Assembly (NCBI GenBank): GCA_947259495.1
Contig: CAMYLV010000008.1
Span: 71,939-135,938 of the forward strand
Direction: 5' to 3'
Length of the DNA stretch: 64,000 bases
Source of the DNA: an uncultured Desulfobacterales bacterium
GTDB taxonomy: Bacteria; Desulfobacterota; Desulfobacteria; Desulfobacterales; JAHEIW01
Part shown: piece by piece, positions 55,440 through 62,414 of the stretch
Numbering within the stretch: position 1 is the first letter of the stretch
Layout: each line of letters opens with the position of its first letter
The notes under the pieces: generated by a model
What the model was told of the DNA's origin: nothing
The model's database searches: none
The model's input: the letters and a program-made list of their open reading frames with translations, nothing else
Translations under genes and position numbers: made by a program

Positions 55440-57737
55440 TTGCATTCAACAATAGAATCTATTGATCGTCAGCCGATCTCAAATTTTGTGATGAAATTTA
55501 TTTTAAATATAACTTTGATTCTGTTAACAATTTTTGCCTGCTTTGTGGAAAACATCTATCTTGCCGTTAGACCACCCAAACCGCAAAGAACTGCCTCGCT
55601 GGCTATCAGAGCCCGCCAGCCCTTTAATTTTGATCAGAAAATAGCGCTGAGTTCAAAACGTATCCAGGCGCTTTCGCAGTTTGTCCCTGTATTTAATTAT
55701 GTTCCTGAACGCGTCAACGCATCCAAGAAAAAAATGCAGGTTCTGACCAAAGAAATATTATCCTATCAGGCCCGCAGGAAAAACCGCGCCGATGAACTGG
55801 CCTTGTTGATCAACTCCGAATTCGGTGTAGACATCTCTGCCAAAACAATGTCCGCGGTGCTGCGATATCGGGATCTTAGAAAATTACTGAAGGGCATTTT
55901 AACAATTGAAGAATCCATTCTTCAGAGCAAAATTTTGGATGACCCGAAGCGTTTAAAGGGTAAAAAAACCATCGAAATACATGACCCTGCACTTGCAGCA
56001 CCGGCAGTCACCGCTGTTGACGAACTGACATCCCTTGAAACAGCCCGACTTACGCTACAGCAAAAAGTCAAGGAACTCTTCTGGCAGGTCAACGAATCCA
56101 TCCTGAACCCTGTCTTAAAAATTTCACAGGCAACCCTGTTGCCAAACCTGATTTACGACCAAAAGGAAAACGCCCAGCGGCTGGAGAAGATTCACCGGCA
56201 GTATCCAATTGAAACCCTTAAATTTCAGGCCGGTGAAATTCTTGTTCCATTTCGCAAGGTGTTAAGCGAGGAAGATGTGCTGTTGTTAACGACCTATCAA
56301 GAACAGCAAACCAAAAATATATACCGCAATGCGCCCTGGGTGGTGTTTACCGTTTTGTTTCTGGTCATTTTCTATAATTTGTTTCTTTCAAAGGTGCTGA
56401 CAAGCGTGTCGCGCAAAGCACCGCCGCAGCGCCCCCTGCTTTCATTGTTGATTCTATGCATTGTTGTGCTCAAGGGATGCCTGCTGTTTACCCCCCTGCC
56501 ACTCTATGCCATTCCCGTTGCGGTTCTGCCTTTGATGGTCATCTCATTAAATCATGGAAAGCTGACCGCTACCGGTACCGCCATGGTGGGAACCATTCTG
56601 GTAAGCTTGTTTGCCAGTCCTCAGTATACCATTGTGCTTTATTTTATTTTCGGCGGGCTGGCTGCCACACTGGTGTCTGCCAATATACAGAAGCGCTGGC
56701 AAATCATTTTGCCGTCTGTGATTGTGGGTCTGGTCAACGGTTTAAGTGTATTAGCGTTCAGTCTGGATTGGCAGGCGGTCATACCGGCAACACCCACTCA
56801 GCTGAATATCAGTGCGCTGATTCAGGCAGAGTCGTTCAATACGGCTTTGATCGAACGAATGGGCTGGGCTTTTGTCGGTGGTCTGGCTGCCGGACCTCTG
56901 GCGCTGTTATTGTTGCCACTGCTAGAAATCAGCTGGGATACCGCTTCCACATTTAAGCTTAATCGTTACAAAGATATGCAGCATCCGCTGTTGAAAAAAT
57001 TGCAGAAGAACGCACCCGGCACCTACCAGCACTCCATGACCGTGGCCCATCTGGCGCAGGTTGTCGGTGAGGCTGTCGGAGCCAATTCACTGCTTTTGCG
57101 GATTGGCGCTTACTACCACGATATCGGCAAAATGGAAGCGCCCAAAAACTTCATCGAAAACCAATTCAACAGTCCAAATCCACATGACTTGTTAGATCCC
57201 TGGGAAAGCACAGAATTGATTGTCAACCATGTTAAAAACGGCATAAAAATTGCCATGGCCGCAGGTCTGCCCAGAGCTGTGGTCGATTTGCTCGTGCAGC
57301 ACCATGGAACCCAGCTGATGGAATACTTTTTTAGTTTGGCTGCCAAAGATCAGCCCAGAGAAACCCTGGATGAATTGGATTTCAGGTATCCGGGCCCCAA
57401 GCCCCAGAGTACTGAAGCGGCCATTCTGATGATCGTCGATTCGGTGGAAGCCGCATCACGCACGATGCAGGATCCCAACCGCATCAAACTCGCAAAAATG
57501 GTCCAGCTCATGGTCGGCAAACGCATTGCTGACGGACAATTCAGCCAGTGTGATTTAACGACCCGTGACATCTCCAAAATCGTACGCGCACTGGTCGATG
57601 CCCTTGAAGTTTCATTTCATGCCCGCATTCGTTACCCCTGGCAGGAGAAAGTATCCACTCAAAAAAGATCCAGCTGGAGCTTTAAGATCGGTGAAAAAGA
57701 TAAGACGCCGTCCTCCCGCAGGTCTTTTAAGATGTAA
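55440..57737 (+). CDS. 7TM-receptor HD-domain phosphohydrolase (PgpH/YqfF-like, HDIG)
   Basis: Extracellular domain, 7 TM helices, and the HD domain HSMTVAHLA...GAYYHDIGK...HHG. The track start is TTG at 55440; the ATG at 55491 is an alternative. Confidence 0.8.
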   Translation: MHSTIESIDRQPISNFVMKFILNITLILLTIFACFVENIYLAVRPPKPQRTASLAIRARQPFNFDQKIALSSKRIQALSQFVPVFNYVPERVNASKKKMQVLTKEILSYQARRKNRADELALLINSEFGVDISAKTMSAVLRYRDLRKLLKGILTIEESILQSKILDDPKRLKGKKTIEIHDPALAAPAVTAVDELTSLETARLTLQQKVKELFWQVNESILNPVLKISQATLLPNLIYDQKENAQRLEKIHRQYPIETLKFQAGEILVPFRKVLSEEDVLLLTTYQEQQTKNIYRNAPWVVFTVLFLVIFYNLFLSKVLTSVSRKAPPQRPLLSLLILCIVVLKGCLLFTPLPLYAIPVAVLPLMVISLNHGKLTATGTAMVGTILVSLFASPQYTIVLYFIFGGLAATLVSANIQKRWQIILPSVIVGLVNGLSVLAFSLDWQAVIPATPTQLNISALIQAESFNTALIERMGWAFVGGLAAGPLALLLLPLLEISWDTASTFKLNRYKDMQHPLLKKLQKNAPGTYQHSMTVAHLAQVVGEAVGANSLLLRIGAYYHDIGKMEAPKNFIENQFNSPNPHDLLDPWESTELIVNHVKNGIKIAMAAGLPRAVVDLLVQHHGTQLMEYFFSLAAKDQPRETLDELDFRYPGPKPQSTEAAILMIVDSVEAASRTMQDPNRIKLAKMVQLMVGKRIADGQFSQCDLTTRDISKIVRALVDALEVSFHARIRYPWQEKVSTQKRSSWSFKIGEKDKTPSSRRSFKM

Positions 57738-57790
57738 TATACAACATCAATTCTTTACTCGGTTCTTGGCAGTTCACCAACATAATCTTT

Positions 57791-57898
57791 CCGGTTTATC
57801 CCGTGCTCACAGGTTAGCCCGTTTGCCGGTCGACGATAAGAGATCAGATAATTTTTTTTAACGGGCTAACGGGCTCAGCGGGTTCAACGGGCCAACCG
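57791..57898 (-). repeat. flavoured-hairpin element copy I (GCCCGTT / AACGGGC arms, gene-less, inverted orientation)
   Basis: Plus strand: CCGGTTTATCCCGTGCTCACAGGTTAGCCCGTTTGCCGGTC ... TAACGGGCTAACGGGCTCAGCGGGTTCAACGGGCCAACCG. The reverse complement gives array, then AAAAAAAATTATC, then inverted array. Confidence 0.75.
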
Positions 57899-57915
57899 AA
57901 TTCAGAGGTGAATGT

Positions 57916-59037
57916 ATGGCGTACAGCTTACTCGAAGGCAATGAAGCAATCGCCCGCGGAGCCGTTGCAGCCGGTTGCCGATTTTTTGCCGGCTATCCCA
58001 TCACACCGGCAACCACCATTTATCACAACATGCTTAACCTACTGCCGCCTTTAGGTGGCATCTGCCTTCAAGGCGAGGATGAGATTGCCTCAATTGGATT
58101 TTGCCTGGGCGCATCTATGGCCGGGATGAAAGTGATGACCGCCACTTCGGGCCCGGGCATCAGCCTGTACAGTGAAAACCTATCTTTTGCGATCGGCAGT
58201 GAAATACCAATAGTAATCGTTGATGTACAGCGTCTGGGTCCCTCTACGGGCTCGGCCACCCGGGGAGCCGATGGGGATATCAATTTTTTGCGCTGGGGCA
58301 GCAGCGGTGGATTGCCGGTTATTGTTCTGGCGCCGGTAGATGTGCAGGACTGCTTTACATTGACCCTGCAGGCCTTCAATCTGGCCGAAGAATTTCGCTG
58401 TCCGGTATTTTTGGCTTCCAACAAGGAAATCGGTATGACACGCGAAAGCATCGACCTTCAGAAGGTGGCCACCCCCGGCATTGTCGAGCGCTCCGCTGCG
58501 CCATCGAATCAACCACTATTGCCTTTTGGTGTGGACCCGGGACAGCAGGTCCCAAACTTTCTTCCCATCGGCAACAAGGTTCTGGTTCGCCAGACCTCTT
58601 CGACCCACGGGGCCGATGGATATATCACCACCGATTCCGCGGCCATCGCCCGCAATCAGGAGCGCTTGGAAAACAAACTGCTGTCGGCCATCAACCGGTT
58701 CTCTTTCCATGAACATTACAGCATCAAGCATACCGATACCCTGCTAATTGCTTATGGCGTTTCCGCCCGGGCCGCAAAAGCGGTATTCAAAGCGCAAAAG
58801 CGACGGGGTAAACCAATTTCTCTACTGGTATTAAAAACATTGTGGCCGGTTCCGGAAAATGTGATCCAACAGGCGGCCCGGGATGCCAGACGCATTGTCG
58901 TGGTGGAGATGAATCTGGGGCAATATATACGGGAAATCAAACGGATTCTGCCCCAGAAGCAGGTTGATTTCTGCGGTCAAATGGACGGCCGGCTCATCAC
59001 GCCTGCCCGGATCACGGAGGCCGTTGACCATGAATAG
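57916..59037 (+). CDS. korA: 2-oxoacid:ferredoxin oxidoreductase alpha subunit
   Basis: GNEAIARGAVAAGCRFFAGYPITPAT N-terminus, typical of KorA/VorB/PorA. Confidence 0.85.
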   Translation: MAYSLLEGNEAIARGAVAAGCRFFAGYPITPATTIYHNMLNLLPPLGGICLQGEDEIASIGFCLGASMAGMKVMTATSGPGISLYSENLSFAIGSEIPIVIVDVQRLGPSTGSATRGADGDINFLRWGSSGGLPVIVLAPVDVQDCFTLTLQAFNLAEEFRCPVFLASNKEIGMTRESIDLQKVATPGIVERSAAPSNQPLLPFGVDPGQQVPNFLPIGNKVLVRQTSSTHGADGYITTDSAAIARNQERLENKLLSAINRFSFHEHYSIKHTDTLLIAYGVSARAAKAVFKAQKRRGKPISLLVLKTLWPVPENVIQQAARDARRIVVVEMNLGQYIREIKRILPQKQVDFCGQMDGRLITPARITEAVDHE

Positions 59038-60334
59038 TCTTTTAAATGCCGCCAGGCCGCCGGTTCTATGTCCGGGTTGCACCCATGAACGCATCACCCA
59101 CAGCCTGGATCAGGCATTTCAAAACATGGGTTTGGCCGGCCACCAAATTGTGATCGTCAGCGATATCGGCTGCTCCGGCTTGTTTGATACCTTTTTCCAC
59201 ACCCACGCCATGCACGGCCTTCACGGCCGCGCCCTGACCTATGCGGCCGGGCTGAAAATGGCGCGCCCGGAAATCAATGTGATCGTCACCATGGGTGACG
59301 GCGGCCAGGGCATTGGGGGAGCTCATCTGCTGGCCGCCTGTCGTCGCAACCTTGATCTGACTCTGCTGATTTTAAACAACTTTAATTTTGGCATGACCGG
59401 AGGCCAATTCTCAGCCACTACGCCACCAGAAGCCCAGCTGGGTTCGGGTTTTCTATCTGCACTGGAGCGTCCCCTGGATATCTGCAAAGTTGCTCGCTGC
59501 GCCGGTGCGCCGTATGTCAGACGATGCTCCGGTTTTCAAAAAAACCTGGCAGAACAAATCCAAGATGCCATTGAATATGAGGGGTTTGCACTGATGGACA
59601 TCTGGGGAATCTGTCCCGGGCGCTACACTAAAAAAAATCGACTGACCCCTAAAATGATCGATGACGCCTTGGCCAAGCTGCCGACCATGGACGGCGTTGT
59701 GTCTGAAAATGTCCGCCCGGAATACGGGCAGCATTATCGCCAATTGGCAGCCGCACAGAAAAAAGTTTCCGCGCCGGCTGTTATCGAACCTCAATTCACG
59801 GCGCCTCAGACCGGTCGACAGGAGGTCATTTTGCTTGGCAGCGCCGGACAGCGGGTCATCACCGCCGGCGAACTCCTGTGCATTGCCGGACTGACGGCCG
59901 GAATGAAAACCACCCAGAAAAACGAATATAACATTACCGTCCTCAGAGGCCCTTCGATTAGCGAACTTATTTTATCACCGCAGGAAATCAACTATACCGG
60001 AATTGAGACGCCGAATGTGGTGGTGGCCTTGGATCAGGAAGGGGTCGATCGGCGCCGCGGTCTTTTTGAGCGCATGACCCCAAAAGCGCTTATCATTCAA
60101 ATCAGCGGCGTAAACGTGCCGACCAGCAAAGCCCGTATCCATCACGTCGATTTAAGAGCTCTAGGTGTCAAGCGCCCGGACTGGGCCCTCGCGTCGCTGG
60201 CGGTGCTGGCCAAACTGCAGCAAATCATAACGCCTCAAATGCTGGAAGCCGCTTTAAAGATAAGATTTAAGAGCAACGCTCTGGATGCTTCTCTAAAACT
60301 CGTTAAGCAAGTTACAACAGGCAAAGCGGCATAA
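59030..60334 (+). CDS. korB: 2-oxoacid:ferredoxin oxidoreductase beta subunit fused to a gamma-type domain
   Basis: CPGCTH...SDIGCS...GDGG..IGG (TPP-binding beta), then a C-terminal ~170 aa EVILLGSAGQRVITAGELL...VVVALDQEGV (POR gamma domain). The ATG at 59030 overlaps the korA stop. Confidence 0.8.
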   Translation: MNSLLNAARPPVLCPGCTHERITHSLDQAFQNMGLAGHQIVIVSDIGCSGLFDTFFHTHAMHGLHGRALTYAAGLKMARPEINVIVTMGDGGQGIGGAHLLAACRRNLDLTLLILNNFNFGMTGGQFSATTPPEAQLGSGFLSALERPLDICKVARCAGAPYVRRCSGFQKNLAEQIQDAIEYEGFALMDIWGICPGRYTKKNRLTPKMIDDALAKLPTMDGVVSENVRPEYGQHYRQLAAAQKKVSAPAVIEPQFTAPQTGRQEVILLGSAGQRVITAGELLCIAGLTAGMKTTQKNEYNITVLRGPSISELILSPQEINYTGIETPNVVVALDQEGVDRRRGLFERMTPKALIIQISGVNVPTSKARIHHVDLRALGVKRPDWALASLAVLAKLQQIITPQMLEAALKIRFKSNALDASLKLVKQVTTGKAA

Positions 60335-60561
60335 AACCGGTTTGCCTGTTGAGCTCGTTGCCCCGTTGCGGCCGTTAAAAAAATCAAAGGAATTTGTTGC
60401 CAGGCGGCTGGGATGCCTAAAGGCTTGAAAACCTTGAAGGTTTGGCCTCGTTTGACTTTCTATTATTCGGACTTTCTGGCCTCCTGGCCTTATAGCCTCC
60501 CAGCTTTTGACAAGGTAACGTATCAACCGGCAAACGGGCCAAACGGATTAACCGGTCAACC
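60335..60561 (+). repeat. flavoured-hairpin element copy J (GCC.GTT / AAC.GGC arms) with likely residues of a four-helix-bundle gene
   Basis: Left AACCGGTTTGCCTGTTGAGCTCGTTGCCCCGTTGCGGCCGTT followed by AAAAAAATCAAAGG. The interior encodes ...LKTLKVW... and ends AGCTTTTGACAAGGTAAC (compare AGCTTATGAGCAAGGTAAC at the end of the intact gene). Right CAACCGGCAAACGGGCCAAACGGATTAACCGGTCAACC. Confidence 0.7.
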
Positions 60562-61692
60562 TTCCTTTAGCAGCTGCACGACATCAAACTCCCCGTCTTC
60601 GTATATAAACCGCTTGGATCTATCAGGCTGGCAGCGATCAAAGGCGATGATAACCGTTTTTTCAAGCCAGCTTAAAAAGCGCGCTGTCGCCCGACGCGAC
60701 AAAACACACTTTAGCCAGGTAAACGCTCCGCCCAGGCGGGTAATGCGCTGCTGTTTATCGAAAGCCGGCAGGCCTGCTTTTTGGGTTGCCCGCCAGTAAT
60801 AGACGTAGGTGGTTATAATCAACAGCATCGCTGCTCCCCGGGCCCGTGAAATCTGGCCAGCCGGCAGGGTGTTAAAAAATTGGGGAAACTCACGAAACCG
60901 GCGAATGGCTCGCAGAATCAGTTGGCCGCGCACTTCCCGGATACACTGCTCGCGACGGGCACCTTCCAAGCCGGGCAGCTGCGGATGGTAAAAAACGCCG
61001 CGCACGTAATCTTTTTCAAGGTCACGCGTGACGTTAGCCAATTGTATCACTTCACCCACAACCGCGCACAAACGTAGTCGGGCATCACCGATTTGCGGCG
61101 AGAGCCCTTGATCCAGCCGCTGCATTTCATCAGCAAAAAGGATCGAAGTGCCGAGCACATGCCAGCAGTAGCGGGAAAGCTGCCCCGGTGTTTGCAGGAC
61201 GCCGCCTTGTTCGGTTAAAACGCGACTGGCCCAGATCATGCCTGCACCCATGCGCCGGACAAGCCGGCGAATGGCCGCCTGCTGGGAGCCCTTCAGGCGA
61301 TCAAAATTATCATCGATAAGGACTGCGCGGTTCACCAACAGTACATGCGTGCTCTCCTGTGGATCATCGGTCAGGGCCGGGTCAAGGGCTGGAGCCGGCT
61401 TTAAATCGTCGGGGTCATCGAACCGCTCGATAAAGCGTTTTAAGGCCGATTCCTTTTCTTGCAGCGTGGGCAAAAGATCTTCGTAAGTGTCCAGCATGCG
61501 GCAGTACAGGTAAGCAACCGCCAGGGCGCGCCGTAAGCGCGGCGGAAGAAATACGATCACAAAGGAAAATGTGCGCGCCGCATGCGGCAGAATCTGCCAC
61601 AAAAACTGTTCGGGATCATTGATCGCGCTCAGTTTGGCCAGCGGGGGCTTTCTGCGGTTTGACAATAAATTGACAAAAATGGGACCCAGCAA
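60556..61692 (-). CDS. squalene/phytoene synthase family protein (head-to-head prenyl transferase fold)
   Basis: AVAYLYCRMLDTYED (first Asp-rich motif) and a second acidic region near NVTRDLEKD. 378 aa. Confidence 0.6.
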   Translation of the reverse strand: MLGPIFVNLLSNRRKPPLAKLSAINDPEQFLWQILPHAARTFSFVIVFLPPRLRRALAVAYLYCRMLDTYEDLLPTLQEKESALKRFIERFDDPDDLKPAPALDPALTDDPQESTHVLLVNRAVLIDDNFDRLKGSQQAAIRRLVRRMGAGMIWASRVLTEQGGVLQTPGQLSRYCWHVLGTSILFADEMQRLDQGLSPQIGDARLRLCAVVGEVIQLANVTRDLEKDYVRGVFYHPQLPGLEGARREQCIREVRGQLILRAIRRFREFPQFFNTLPAGQISRARGAAMLLIITTYVYYWRATQKAGLPAFDKQQRITRLGGAFTWLKCVLSRRATARFLSWLEKTVIIAFDRCQPDRSKRFIYEDGEFDVVQLLKEG

Positions 61693-61710
61693 TGCGACCT
61701 CTTTGGTTGG

Positions 61711-61816
61711 TTATAGTGGTTGTCAAAAAAACGTTCTGTTAATCCAACGCTTTTTTTCCAACCACTTATACCCCAGTTTCGTAGTTCGGAACATTATTAA
61801 GAAAAGCGGTATAAAT
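61711..61816. repeat. GTTGTCAAAAAAACGTT-family palindromic repeat, copy K2
   Basis: TTATAGTGGTTGTCAAAAAAACGTT...AACGCTTTTTTTCCAACCACTTATACCCCAGTTTCGTAGTTCGGAACATTATTAAGAAAAGCGGTATAAA is colinear with 33972-34076. Confidence 0.75.
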
Positions 61817-61840
61817 CGACTATAGAAGAATCTTTAATCT

Positions 61841-61906
61841 CGAAAACACGAAAAACAAAAGAAAAAAATTGTATTTTTAAATTTTCGTGATTTCGTGGTT
61901 TTGTGG
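61841..61906 (+). repeat. flavoured-hairpin element copy L (CACGAAA / TTTCGTG arms, gene-less)
   Basis: CGAAAACACGAAAAACAAAAG, then AAAAAAATTGTATTTTTAAA, then TTTTCGTGATTTCGTGGTTTTGTGG. Confidence 0.7.
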
Positions 61907-61922
61907 AAGTCGTGCAAAAACA

Positions 61923-61955
61923 AAAGGCCCAAACTTCATCGTCAGTCGGGCCTTT
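61923..61955 (-). terminator. rho-independent terminator after the biotin-carrier gene
   Basis: Stem AAAGGCCC/GGGCCTTT. The minus-strand reading is followed by TGTTTTTG. Confidence 0.55.
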
Positions 61956-61991
61956 GATCAGATCTCGCTGGTGCAGTTGCTGAAAGGTGTT

Positions 61992-62222
61992 TTATTCGAG
62001 GACCATCAGCACCTGATTTGTCGCTACCTTGTCGTCAACTTTCACTTTGATTTCTTTAATTTTTCCGGCATCGGGAGTCGGGATGGCATTCTCCATTTTC
62101 ATGGCTTCAAGAATGATTACCTCCTGATATTCCAATACTTCGTCACCCTCATTCACAAGAATATTAATAATCGTTCCAGGCATTGGTGCCAGAATTTCAG
62201 TTGCCATTCCGTCCCCCTTCAA
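61992..62222 (-). CDS. biotin/lipoyl-attachment (biotin carboxyl carrier) protein
   Basis: 76 aa with the biotinylation motif EAMKMEN. Confidence 0.85.
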   Translation of the reverse strand: MKGDGMATEILAPMPGTIINILVNEGDEVLEYQEVIILEAMKMENAIPTPDAGKIKEIKVKVDDKVATNQVLMVLE

Positions 62223-62414
62223 ATAGTTTGATTGTATTCAATTAAGTTAATAACAATGAAAAGAAAAACATGAATTCGCCAGAACCGTTTGATACTTGAA
62301 GGCGAAGCGGATGTCAAGTTCAAATAGTGCACTTCTGGCCTTGACGAGTATAGATCGTTCGTATATGGAACAGGTGACAAAAATTTAGAAAAACGACAGA
62401 GCTGGAGGAGGAAT

